64,000 bases of DNA, taken from positions 256,001 through 320,000 of the forward strand of contig JBMOPW010000014.1 of the NCBI GenBank assembly GCA_049322915.1, read 5' to 3'. Each line of letters starts with the position of its first letter. Within the stretch, counting starts at the first letter, position 1. Source of the stretch: Candidatus Zhuqueibacterota bacterium (GTDB lineage: Bacteria > Zhuqueibacterota > Zhuqueibacteria > Thermofontimicrobiales > Thermofontimicrobiaceae). The translations under genes and the position numbers were made by a program. Of this stretch, positions 45,972 through 55,521 are shown piece after piece. Below the pieces are notes generated by a model. The model saw only the letters and a program-made list of their open reading frames with translations. It did no database searches and was not told where the DNA came from.

Positions 45972-48900
45972 ATGGAAAGAAAGGTATTGGCATGTTTGCT
46001 GGTGATTGCGGTGCTTCTCATTGGAGCTTTCGCTGCCAGCGCACAAACAGTAAATGTTACGATTCCCAATAGTGGCGGAGCAACCGGGGCAAGCATTTCC
46101 ATCCCAATCATGGTGAGTGATGTGAGCGGTCTCGATATATTTTCCTATAATCTCACACTCACATTCGACCAGACCGTGCTGGATGCAACTGGTGTGACCG
46201 TTGTTGGTGCATTGACCGAAGGTTGGGGTGCTCCGACACTATCTGATACGGATGGACAAATCGTGATAGCCGGCGCCGGCGCCACTGCATTGACCGGGAC
46301 TGGCGCGCTCGTGTACATCAATTTCACTGTTCTGGGAGGGATTGGCTCGCATTGCGATCTGACCTTCACCGAAATGACGTTCAATGAAGGCACACCTGCA
46401 GCCACCGCGACCGGCGGCACGTTTGCTGTGGCAAAACTGTTTGAAGACTGGAATATCGCAACTACAGGCGCACATCGCGGAGTTGGCGTCTGTCCGTTGA
46501 GTGGACGCGTCTATATCAGCAACACAACAAACCGGCGAATTAACTATTTTAATGCAGGGAACGAAACCGGCACGCCGGATGGCTATATTCTCAATACAGG
46601 CTGGGATGCCTGGTTAGGCCCCTATGGTCTTGACGTCGCTGATGACGGAATGGTATACGTAACGACCTATGGTGCTACCAAATCCATATTCAGAATTACC
46701 CCGACCGGGGAAGTCACAAACATAAAAACCGTCGGTGAGAATATGCGCGCTCTCACTGTATATGGCGGTGGTGTGAATACCGTTATTTACACGCTGGAGA
46801 ACAGCGGCAAGGTTTTCAAACTAACCACAGACGGAACCACGTGGACGATGACAACGCTGTTCACAATCGGAAATACTGAAAATGCGTCCATCGCCGTCAG
46901 CCCGGATGGCAACACAATTTACACCAATGGTTACGGTACCGCCATCCATAAATGGGATGCCGCCGGCAATCCGGACGCTGCTTTCAATCAATCTCCGGCC
47001 AGTTGTATTGCGGTTCGCCTGAGCGAAGATGGTAGCCGGTTGTTCGCGATGTACAATGCGGTCGTCGGTGGAAACAGCAGCTCGTATCTCGGCGAACTGG
47101 ATCCGGCCACTGGCGCCATGATCGAATCCATTATTGTCGGACCATTGGGCGTTTCACCGACTTACAATGTCGTCAATGCGTTTGACATTCTGGATGATCG
47201 GGATTTCTTCTGGGCATCCGCCGGTCAATATCGTGGTAAAGCCCATGACGCATCGGTGACAGTCCCCAATCGGCCTCCGTACGCCGTTGCCGGGACGGAT
47301 CAGTTGGTGGAAATTTACACCGAGGTGACGCTCAACGGTTCCGGTTCAGTGGACATCGATCTGGATCCAATCACCTATGCCTGGACTCAGCTCTCCGGTC
47401 CGACTGCCACGCTCTCTGATCCAACAGCCGCAAGTCCTACGTTTACACCCAATGCAACGGGACAATATGTCTTCCAGCTGGTGGTGAACGATGGCGCTCT
47501 GGACAGCCCTGCCGATCAGGTGACCATCACTGTTTTTGAAAAAGATTTCAGTGCGAATTTTAATGTGGATGGCGATCGCAATCGGGATCTTCCCAACTGG
47601 GGAATTTTCTCGGTGACGAGCCGCTATTCAACGCCGGAATGGGATTCTACCGGCGGCGTCGGCGGTAGCGGCGCGCTGCGCGTTCGCGATGGCGGCTGGG
47701 GATTTGCCATTGAGCGAAAACTCAATGCGACCCCGGGGACAAATTTTAAGCTGACCGCGGATGTTCTCGTTCATGGGACCGATGTTCCGCTCTATTTCCG
47801 CGTCTCCGGCCTCACCGTGGAAAATGTCGATGTGCAGATTCAAACCAATAATACGAATTTCGGCTCCATCGAATTGACTGGCATCACTGTCAATGGAACC
47901 GGCTATCTCCAGATTCTGGGTGAAACCGCCGGCGGCGCTGATACGGTGTGGGTCGATAATATCGTATTCGACGACGACGCGACCCTGAATACCTATACCC
48001 TGTCCGGCAAGGTGACGCTGAGCGATCTGCCGACTGATATGTCCGGTGCAAATGTCCTGGTCGTTCAAGCCGAAAAAAGCGCAGTCACAGACACTCTGGG
48101 TAATTACTCCGTCAATGGTTTAATTGCCGGCACCTATGATGTAAAATTCAGCAAATTGAATTATAAAGATTTGGTCCAGGAAAATGTCGAAATGCTGGGC
48201 GATGTTATACTGGATGTGACGCTGCAACGCAATCTACCGCCGGTGGCCGATGCCGGGGTGGATAACCTCAGCGCACAGGCCGCCACCTATGTCGTTCTGG
48301 ATGGCTCCGGTTCTTCGGACCCGGATAATGATTCCCTCACCTACAAATGGACTTCAGCGGATCCTTCGGTGATTATGGTGACGTCATTGACGAATCCTAT
48401 CGCCGGATTCCGTCCTTCGGAGATCAATGACTACAAATTCTACCTGGTCGTGAACGATGGCACCGAAGACAGCGCAAAAGACAGCGTGTTGGTCTCCGTC
48501 ACCATGGAAGCTCCGGCGCCGCTGGGCTATGAATTTGTCGATAAATTTGCCTACGTCTACGCCGCACTCGGCGTCGCCTGCGACCCGGAAGGGAAAATCT
48601 GGGTTGGTTGTTATAGCTACGGCTCTGAGAAAAACCTGGCCGTCTGGAACGCGGATGGCACGCGACCTGACTGGCAGCCAGTCATGTCCGGGCTCGTTGG
48701 CGATCAGACTGTCACGACCGCCGGGAATTGCTACTGCGTGGAAGTTGATTTCGATGGCAATATCTATTTCAGCAATGCCACAGAACATGTCGTCATGAAA
48801 TTCGACTACAAAGATGGCACGCCTCTCGGCGGTGTTCGGCTTGCAGCCGGCAGCCCCATCATGAGCGTCGATCAGAATGGCTATTTGTTCGTGGGCACAG

Positions 48901-50315
48901 TCACCGGCGATACGGTGTGGGTGTATGACAAAGATTTCAACTTCGTCAGCAAGTCCTATGTTACGTATATCGCCCGCGACATCGAAATTTCACCGGATGG
49001 CACTGTCCTTCTTGTGGGACAATTCAGCGGAACCGTGACCCGTTTCGAAGGAACTCCGGCGACCGGTTACGTGGCGATCGATGATCTTCCCGGCCCATTC
49101 GCTTCATCCGATGGACTGGGCGCGACCACGAATATCAGCTACGACAAGTACGGCGCTCTCTGGGTGACCGAAGAACATACCACCTGGCCGCAGAAAGATT
49201 TCATTCATATCTATACGCCGGATCTGGTGACTCGCGAGACATTGCTCCCGAACGAAGCTGCTCCCTGGGATAACCCGCGCGGAACAACGTTCGACCATAC
49301 GCTGGGCGATTCTCTCTTTTACCAGGTTGACTTTGGCTCAAACAATCCGTGGATTCAGCGATGGGCAATTTCCGGCACCAGTCTGCCGCCTACCTACTAT
49401 TCCATTCCTGAAGTGGCAGCAGTCGATACCAATGGTTATCCGCTTCTGTCGGATAAAAAAGTCCGCGTCAAAGGTATCATCACTGTCGCCGGAGAATTCG
49501 GCGTGACCGGCCCGGCCTACATTCAGGACGCCATGGATTCCATTGGCGTTGCCATTTATGACGGCTCAAAGGTGCTGATCGATTCAGTGAAAATCGGTGA
49601 TGAAGTTGTCGTCTCCGGGTATGTCGATTTTTATAACGGCCTCACGGAAATCAGTCCGGTGGATGAGTTCACCATTCTCTCGTCCGGCAATATCGTCGAA
49701 CCGATGCTGATTACCTGCGCTGATCTGGGTGATGTAGTCGGCGAGCGCTTCCAGTCTGCGCTGGTCAAAATCGAAAATGTGCACACTGACGAAACGACGT
49801 TCCCGAGCAATGCCAACATCCTTTTCTCCGACAAAACCGGCATCGCCACGATGCGCATTGATAAAGACACCGATATTCCCGGCGTTGCTGTACAGGCAGA
49901 TTCGTTCGACGTGGTCGGAGTGATCACGCAATTCGATTCGCAGTCACCCTACTGGGGCGGCTACCAGATTATGCCTCGCAGCAAAGGCGATATTCCCAAA
50001 GCGACTGGTGTGAACGAGAATGCGGATGGTCTGCCCAGGATATTTGCGCTGTTCCAGAACTATCCGAACCCGTTCAACCCGGTGACCACAATCAAGTATG
50101 ATCTGCCAAAAGATTGTCTCGTTGAAATTCAGATTTTCAACGTATTGGGACAAAAGGTGAGAACCCTCGTTTCCGCACCGCAACAGGCAGGGCATCAACT
50201 GATTTTGTGGAATGGCTTGAATGATTCCGGTGTCTCCGTTGCCACCGGCACCTATATTTACAAAATCAAGGCCGCCGATTTTGTTGAGACAAAACGAATG
50301 ACGTTGATTAAGTAG
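45972..50315 (+). CDS. Large secreted mosaic protein: cohesin-like domain, two beta-propellers, two PKD-like domains, CBM-like domain, OB-fold-like modules, CTD
   Basis: ISIPIMVSDVSGLDIFSYNLTLTFDQTVL; NRPPYAVAG..TLNGSGS.D.D.DPITYAWTQ; KVRVKGIIT..YIQD..GDEVVVSG.V..YNGLTEI; QNYPNPFNPVTTIKYDLP. Confidence 0.85.
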   Translation: MERKVLACLLVIAVLLIGAFAASAQTVNVTIPNSGGATGASISIPIMVSDVSGLDIFSYNLTLTFDQTVLDATGVTVVGALTEGWGAPTLSDTDGQIVIAGAGATALTGTGALVYINFTVLGGIGSHCDLTFTEMTFNEGTPAATATGGTFAVAKLFEDWNIATTGAHRGVGVCPLSGRVYISNTTNRRINYFNAGNETGTPDGYILNTGWDAWLGPYGLDVADDGMVYVTTYGATKSIFRITPTGEVTNIKTVGENMRALTVYGGGVNTVIYTLENSGKVFKLTTDGTTWTMTTLFTIGNTENASIAVSPDGNTIYTNGYGTAIHKWDAAGNPDAAFNQSPASCIAVRLSEDGSRLFAMYNAVVGGNSSSYLGELDPATGAMIESIIVGPLGVSPTYNVVNAFDILDDRDFFWASAGQYRGKAHDASVTVPNRPPYAVAGTDQLVEIYTEVTLNGSGSVDIDLDPITYAWTQLSGPTATLSDPTAASPTFTPNATGQYVFQLVVNDGALDSPADQVTITVFEKDFSANFNVDGDRNRDLPNWGIFSVTSRYSTPEWDSTGGVGGSGALRVRDGGWGFAIERKLNATPGTNFKLTADVLVHGTDVPLYFRVSGLTVENVDVQIQTNNTNFGSIELTGITVNGTGYLQILGETAGGADTVWVDNIVFDDDATLNTYTLSGKVTLSDLPTDMSGANVLVVQAEKSAVTDTLGNYSVNGLIAGTYDVKFSKLNYKDLVQENVEMLGDVILDVTLQRNLPPVADAGVDNLSAQAATYVVLDGSGSSDPDNDSLTYKWTSADPSVIMVTSLTNPIAGFRPSEINDYKFYLVVNDGTEDSAKDSVLVSVTMEAPAPLGYEFVDKFAYVYAALGVACDPEGKIWVGCYSYGSEKNLAVWNADGTRPDWQPVMSGLVGDQTVTTAGNCYCVEVDFDGNIYFSNATEHVVMKFDYKDGTPLGGVRLAAGSPIMSVDQNGYLFVGTVTGDTVWVYDKDFNFVSKSYVTYIARDIEISPDGTVLLVGQFSGTVTRFEGTPATGYVAIDDLPGPFASSDGLGATTNISYDKYGALWVTEEHTTWPQKDFIHIYTPDLVTRETLLPNEAAPWDNPRGTTFDHTLGDSLFYQVDFGSNNPWIQRWAISGTSLPPTYYSIPEVAAVDTNGYPLLSDKKVRVKGIITVAGEFGVTGPAYIQDAMDSIGVAIYDGSKVLIDSVKIGDEVVVSGYVDFYNGLTEISPVDEFTILSSGNIVEPMLITCADLGDVVGERFQSALVKIENVHTDETTFPSNANILFSDKTGIATMRIDKDTDIPGVAVQADSFDVVGVITQFDSQSPYWGGYQIMPRSKGDIPKATGVNENADGLPRIFALFQNYPNPFNPVTTIKYDLPKDCLVEIQIFNVLGQKVRTLVSAPQQAGHQLILWNGLNDSGVSVATGTYIYKIKAADFVETKRMTLIK

Positions 50316-50337
50316 TAATTACGTTTTAAATTTTTCC

Positions 50338-50375
50338 ACACTGCCCTTCGCCAGTGATCTGTCGGGGGGCAGTGT
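50338..50375 (+). terminator. Stem-loop after the 45972 gene
   Basis: ACACTGCCC...GGGCAGTGT. Confidence 0.55.
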
Positions 50376-50410
50376 TCACTTATTTGACCAATTGAAAATG
50401 GACGAATCAC

Positions 50411-52249
50411 ATGTGGAAAAAAAATTGGAAGACCGGAATTACCAGTCTGATATTTTTTCTTCTTTTCTTGCCGCAGTTTGTTTTTAGCCAGGTATGGACG
50501 GAAACTTCGATCGACTCATTCAAAACCGGGCAGGGTATCGATTCGCTGAATGTCGCTTTCATCACCGGCGACACAGACGATGGCTCCATTATTCTCGCTC
50601 CGGCATCAGAGAATTTTGCGGCTAGAAAAAAGGCGTGGGATAGCGACGATAAAGCCAATAACAACGCCAACCTCGTGCTGGATGGCAGCCGGAAGAGCCC
50701 TAGTTTCTGGGCGTCCTACACGCCCTTTTGTGTGGGCATTTCCATCACCATCGATCTGGAAGCGACTCGCACTGTCGAACGGGTGAATATCCTGGGCAGC
50801 GACTTCAATCCGCAAATGCTGTACATCAAAGGCTACTCCATTTACACAAGTCTCGATGATAACAACTATAGTCGCGTGGCGCAGAACCTGAGCAATAAAC
50901 AGTGGGATGTCTACGAGGAGTTCGCGCCTGTCACGGCGCGTTATATTCGCATCACCATTGAGGCCACCGACAACCAGAACTGGACGATCATCGGAGAAAT
51001 TGAAGTCTATGGTTCCGGCTATGCATCTTCCGGCCATTACATTTCCAGGATAAAGGACTTTGGCAATAACGTCAATTTTGGCAAAGCAATCTGGCAGGCG
51101 ACTATCCCTTCCGAAACCAAGCTGACGGTTCAATTTCGTTCCGACTCCACTCACATTACCGGCGAAACCTACATCGCTGAAGATACAGTGAAACTCTCCC
51201 ATCGCCCGGTGATGACGGCGACAGAACGGGTCACCAACAGCGATGGCTCCGTGGTGTTCGCACGAAATATGGACTACATCATCGACTACGAAAGCGGGAA
51301 AATTCTTCGGACTGTCCAGGGAACCATCATCCCGGGCCAGGAACTGCGGATCAGTTACAAAACGTGGTCTGCCTGGAGCCCGGCCTCAGAAGCATCGACC
51401 GGGGAGCTGTTCAAAACCCTGGAGCCCCGACGCTATTTGCAATATCGGCTGAATTTCCAGACCTTTAGCCTGGAGACGCCGGCATTCCAACAGATGTCCA
51501 TTGAGTATTCAGAAAATGCTGTGATGAATCGCGCTGTGGCGACCGTTTCGCCCACGGAAGTGCCCGTGCTGCGCGAATCGAGAATTACCTATCGCATCGA
51601 ATTGACCTCCTTCGGTGGGGATTTAGGAATTGACACATTAAAAATTGAAACGCCGGCCTCAGCCAGGTTGCGGGACATTCGGCTGGATGGCGTTGCTCTG
51701 AACTATCGCGATTTGACCGACCCCCTGGTCAGTGAAATCGTCGCCTATTTCCCGAATCGGATCGCTTCATTGCAGAGCGGCTTGCTGGAAGTGGACTTCA
51801 GCATTACGCTGTTCGAAAGCGAGAATTTTTTCCCGGCGACTCTTGTCAGCACGCAAACCCCGGGGAATCCCCAATTCGTGGAACAGGGGATGGACGGCTG
51901 GCGCGTTGTAACGACCGGCATTCCCGAAAGCCCGCTCGTTTCGGTGACTGCTGACCCGAACCCCATGTCGCCCAATGGCGACAATATCTGCGACGCCACC
52001 GAGATCAGTTTCTTCGTGGCCAAAATCGCGGACTCGAGACGGGTGATGATTAAAATATTTAACCTGAACGGCGACTGCCTGCGCACACTGCACGACGCCT
52101 ATTCTATGGCCAAAGATTTCCGGGTGAAATGGGACGGCAAAGATGGCTGGGGAAATCTGGTCCAGCCCGGCGTGTACCTGTATCAGGTGTCCGTCAACAC
52201 AGACGCCGATGATTATGTAATTACCAAGACAATAACCGTTGTTTATTAA
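50411..52249 (+). CDS. Secreted protein with discoidin (F5/8 type C)-like domain and type-B-like (gliding-motility/FlgD) CTD
   Basis: ITIDLE..VERVNI..YSIYTSLD..ARYIRITI..IGEIEVYG; PNPMSPNGDNICD..IFNLNG..WDGKD..G..V.PGVYLYQV. Confidence 0.75.
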   Translation: MWKKNWKTGITSLIFFLLFLPQFVFSQVWTETSIDSFKTGQGIDSLNVAFITGDTDDGSIILAPASENFAARKKAWDSDDKANNNANLVLDGSRKSPSFWASYTPFCVGISITIDLEATRTVERVNILGSDFNPQMLYIKGYSIYTSLDDNNYSRVAQNLSNKQWDVYEEFAPVTARYIRITIEATDNQNWTIIGEIEVYGSGYASSGHYISRIKDFGNNVNFGKAIWQATIPSETKLTVQFRSDSTHITGETYIAEDTVKLSHRPVMTATERVTNSDGSVVFARNMDYIIDYESGKILRTVQGTIIPGQELRISYKTWSAWSPASEASTGELFKTLEPRRYLQYRLNFQTFSLETPAFQQMSIEYSENAVMNRAVATVSPTEVPVLRESRITYRIELTSFGGDLGIDTLKIETPASARLRDIRLDGVALNYRDLTDPLVSEIVAYFPNRIASLQSGLLEVDFSITLFESENFFPATLVSTQTPGNPQFVEQGMDGWRVVTTGIPESPLVSVTADPNPMSPNGDNICDATEISFFVAKIADSRRVMIKIFNLNGDCLRTLHDAYSMAKDFRVKWDGKDGWGNLVQPGVYLYQVSVNTDADDYVITKTITVVY

Positions 52250-52263
52250 TATATCGAGAGAAT

Positions 52264-53235
52264 GTGGTCATGGCATTTACTAAAAAATATAATCGCGCGA
52301 TTCTTTCTCTGGTCGTGGCTTTGGCAATTCTGGGGGTGACTGGGAGTTCATGGGCAGGATTCATCGATACCGGCCAGGGCGCTCGCCCGGTGGCTATGGG
52401 TCGCGCCTTCACCGCTGTCTCGGATGATATTCACGCCATGTTCTATAACCCGGCCGGCATGGCCCAGCTCAAAGGACTTGCTGCGACAACCATGTACGCC
52501 CGGCTGTATCCCGGCGTCTCCGATGTCGACCTGAATTACGGATTGCTGGCCGCGGCCGTGCCGCTGAGCTTCCTGGGCAAAATCGGCGTGGGCGTCACTA
52601 ATCTGAGCCTGGATATGTACAAAGAGAACATGTTTTACATCAGTTACGGCCGTAGCCTTCCGTTCAATGTGTCCGTGGGCGGGAGTTTCAAAATGCTGCG
52701 CTGGTCCGCCGATGGCGATACCGATCCCATCACCGGCGCCAGGGACAACAACTATGCCTACAATGGATTTTCCATCGACGCCGGGGTGATGTATCAGGTG
52801 CCGACGTCCCTGGTGAGCCGATTTCTGAAAAGCGGCCGGCTCCAATTGGGGATGATGCTGAAAGACGTCAACCAGCCCAGCATTGCTGAAAATGGCTCGG
52901 ACAGCGGCAAGCTGCCCCTGGGCATGGCGTTCGGGGTTGCCTATCTCTCCGAGAAATTGATCCTGGCCGGCGATTTCAGCAAGGTTGATGAATTCAGCAA
53001 ACTGCACGTGGGCGCCGAATACGTGCTGCAGCGATATGCGTTTGGCGCGTGGAAAACCGCCTTTACCGTGCGCGGCGGCGGCATCCACGTGATGAGCGAC
53101 GCCGAGGGCGGCGAAGCCGATTTTGGATTTGGCCTCATGGTCCGCGCCCTGCAAATCGATTACGCGTACGTCTATCCCATGGCGCTCAAAAACGTGGACG
53201 GCAGCCACAAGATTTCGTTGATGTTTTCGTTTTAG
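52264..53235 (+). CDS. PorV/PorQ-like (FadL-related) outer-membrane beta-barrel
   Basis: GQGARPVAMGRAFTAVSDDIHAMFYNPAG; amphipathic strands; IDYAY..SHKISLMFSF with C-terminal Phe. Confidence 0.8.
   Translation: MVMAFTKKYNRAILSLVVALAILGVTGSSWAGFIDTGQGARPVAMGRAFTAVSDDIHAMFYNPAGMAQLKGLAATTMYARLYPGVSDVDLNYGLLAAAVPLSFLGKIGVGVTNLSLDMYKENMFYISYGRSLPFNVSVGGSFKMLRWSADGDTDPITGARDNNYAYNGFSIDAGVMYQVPTSLVSRFLKSGRLQLGMMLKDVNQPSIAENGSDSGKLPLGMAFGVAYLSEKLILAGDFSKVDEFSKLHVGAEYVLQRYAFGAWKTAFTVRGGGIHVMSDAEGGEADFGFGLMVRALQIDYAYVYPMALKNVDGSHKISLMFSF
53177..53233 (+). repeat. Direct repeat copy 1 (3' end of the porV-like gene)
   Basis: 57 bp, 55/57 identical to 54438-54494. Confidence 0.95.
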
Positions 53236-53306
53236 GGATAATTACCCAATGCGCATTCACTTCATGCCATTGAGTCCTGTAATATTATTTCAATGAACGA
53301 TAAGTT

Positions 53307-53371
53307 TATGGATAAAATATGGGTATTTTATGGATACAAAATGTAGATAACTTATGGATAGAATATGGATG
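53307..53371 (+). repeat. Phased TATGGATA direct repeats upstream of and overlapping the fic start
   Basis: Copies at 53307, 53318, 53329, 53342, 53353, 53364 (spacing 11, 11, 13, 11, 11). Confidence 0.8.
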
Positions 53372-54429
53372 CATTCGATAAAAAACTACACTTTGGATTT
53401 CGAACGAATCAAGAAATTTTAAAACTCATTTCAGAGATTGATTTGTTCAGGGGAAAGTGGGAGCACCTTGAGAGTCAAAATATCAGTATCTTAAAAGATC
53501 TCAGAAATTTTGCTACAATACAAAGTATCGGTTCTTCAACCAGGATAGAAGGAGCAACACTTTCGGATAAAGAGATAGAAGAATTAATTTCCGATTTAAA
53601 AATTAAAAAGCTTGAGACTCGTGATGAACAGGAAGTAATCGGATATTACGATGCTCTGGAATTAATCCTTGAAAGCAATGAAGCTATTCATCTTGCTGAA
53701 AATTATATTCTGCAATTACATTCTGTATTGCTCAAATACTCAACAAAGGACAGCGGGCAAGAAGGAGCATATAAAAAGCTAACAAACAAAGTTGTGGCGA
53801 ATTATCCGGATGGGACACAAAAAATAATTTTTAAGACGACCGAACCCTATTTAGTTCAGAAAGAAATGAATGAATTACTCGATTGGACAAATAGGAATTT
53901 TGAAAGTCAGGAAAACCATCCACTCTTGATATTGGGTTTATTTATATACGAATTTTTATCAATCCATCCTTTTCATGATGGAAATGGAAGATTGTCCAGA
54001 TTATTAACAACGTTACTTTTAATAAAATTGGATTATGGTTTTGTTAAATACATTTCATTTGAACACTTGATTGAGAATCGAAAAGAACAGTATTATGCAG
54101 CTTTGATGGAATGTCAAAAAAATCGAAATACCGAAAATGAACATCTGGATAAATGGATACTATTTTTCCTGAATTCATTAAAGCTGCTTACAGTAAAATT
54201 GACTATAAAACTTGGCGACACAGAAGGTAAACATATTTATATAAATGACAGGCAACAGAGAATTAAATCATTTATATTAGAAAATCAACCATGTAAAATT
54301 GGAGATATAGATAAATACTTTTCTGAAATCTCGATAAATACGTTAAAGAAAGATTTGCAATTCCTGGTAAAAAATAAAATCATCACCAAACATGGTGAAA
54401 GAAAATCCACAATATATTCAATTCCATAG
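53365..54429 (+). CDS. fic: Fic-family protein (class II, with inhibitory helix) and C-terminal winged HTH
   Basis: HPFHDGNGRLSR canonical motif; STRIEG inhibitory motif; NTLKKDLQFLV..GERKSTIY wHTH; AT-rich. Confidence 0.92.
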   Translation: MDAFDKKLHFGFRTNQEILKLISEIDLFRGKWEHLESQNISILKDLRNFATIQSIGSSTRIEGATLSDKEIEELISDLKIKKLETRDEQEVIGYYDALELILESNEAIHLAENYILQLHSVLLKYSTKDSGQEGAYKKLTNKVVANYPDGTQKIIFKTTEPYLVQKEMNELLDWTNRNFESQENHPLLILGLFIYEFLSIHPFHDGNGRLSRLLTTLLLIKLDYGFVKYISFEHLIENRKEQYYAALMECQKNRNTENEHLDKWILFFLNSLKLLTVKLTIKLGDTEGKHIYINDRQQRIKSFILENQPCKIGDIDKYFSEISINTLKKDLQFLVKNKIITKHGERKSTIYSIP

Positions 54430-54437
54430 TGTAGATG

Positions 54438-54494
54438 CCATGGCGCTCAAAAACGTGGACGGCAGTCACAAGATTTCTTTGATGTTTTCGTTTT
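54438..54494 (+). repeat. Direct repeat copy 2 (duplicated porV-like 3' end)
   Basis: Encodes the identical peptide MALKNVDGSHKISLMFSF followed by TGA. Confidence 0.95.
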
Positions 54495-54683
54495 GAGCGG
54501 TCGGGAAAATTCCTATATATAGGAATAAGTTAATTTATGATGGAGCCTAATAGTATTATGTTGGGCTTCTTTAATAGTTTTTATTCGGTTGTCAACCTTT
54601 TATATAGAAACAAGATTAGATAGTAGGATGAATAGGATATATTTACTATCAGATGCCTATCAATTTTTTTTTGGAGCAAGAAT

Positions 54684-55136
54684 GTGGAAATAAAAGAACT
54701 ATTGGATGTGGGAAATTTTTTAGCTTCAGTTGCAGCTGCTATTGGTTTGATTCTTGTTGCTTGGCAAACGCGTGAAACTCAAAAGACAAGACAATTGCAA
54801 GCAACTATAGCAATTTTTGATGATCTAGGGTCGGAAGATAGCAGAACCGCTCGTAAATATGTATATACTAAACTGTCTGACTTTGTTGAAAATTATAAAG
54901 ATGTTGATAGATATAATGCAGAAAAAGTTATCGCATCATTAAATCGTGCAGCCCTGTTTTGTAATACAAAACACGTAAACAAGGAAATTATTTTTGCTAT
55001 GTATGGGGAAGCTTTCGTAAAATGTTGGGACAAGCTAAGTAGTTATATTATAGAAAAAAGAAAGATATCAGGTGCACAATATGCTAGCGAGTTTGAAAAT
55101 GCAGCAAAGAATGCTTCGAAGTACTGGAAGCTATGA
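54684..55136 (+). CDS. Cassette protein, DUF4760-like (N-terminal TM helix)
   Basis: TM ..GLILVAWQ; C-terminal MYGEAFVKCWDKLSSYIIEKR..YASEFE pattern. Confidence 0.6.
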   Translation: MEIKELLDVGNFLASVAAAIGLILVAWQTRETQKTRQLQATIAIFDDLGSEDSRTARKYVYTKLSDFVENYKDVDRYNAEKVIASLNRAALFCNTKHVNKEIIFAMYGEAFVKCWDKLSSYIIEKRKISGAQYASEFENAAKNASKYWKL

Positions 55137-55521
55137 TAGTCATTTATATTTCGCTTAGGAATCAATGAATTACATGATAGTAACCAAACTTATTACATAA
55201 AAAAGTTGTAAATTACTAGCTCCATAGTGTATAACTTACTTAAAAAAAATATATTTTGTGAAACGACTTATTTGATTTTGTAGAAAAAGGAGTTTTATTA
55301 ATTCCACAAACATCAATGGAACAAATCATTTGCAATATAAAAAATGAGGTTGAAATTTTGAGTTCGAGATAGCAACAATATTTGATATACAAATAAACCT
55401 GTTATTTAGATATGCTAAAGTAAAAGGATTTAAAACATCTTATGATATTAAGAGACATTAATTAAACAGTAAAACTTTACCTTGTCAGTAAATGCTAATA
55501 ATAGCAATTATAAAGTCAATT

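Noticed and set aside
33986..50315. Classical cellulosome
   Set aside because: No multi-cohesin scaffoldin and no dockerin-bearing glycoside hydrolases in the window
53307..53371. CRISPR array
   Set aside because: Repeats are 8 bp with 3-5 bp gaps; no spacer-length units or cas genes anywhere in the window
53177..54494. Diversity-generating retroelement template/variable repeat pair
   Set aside because: Mismatches are not at adenines, both are synonymous, and no reverse transcriptase is present
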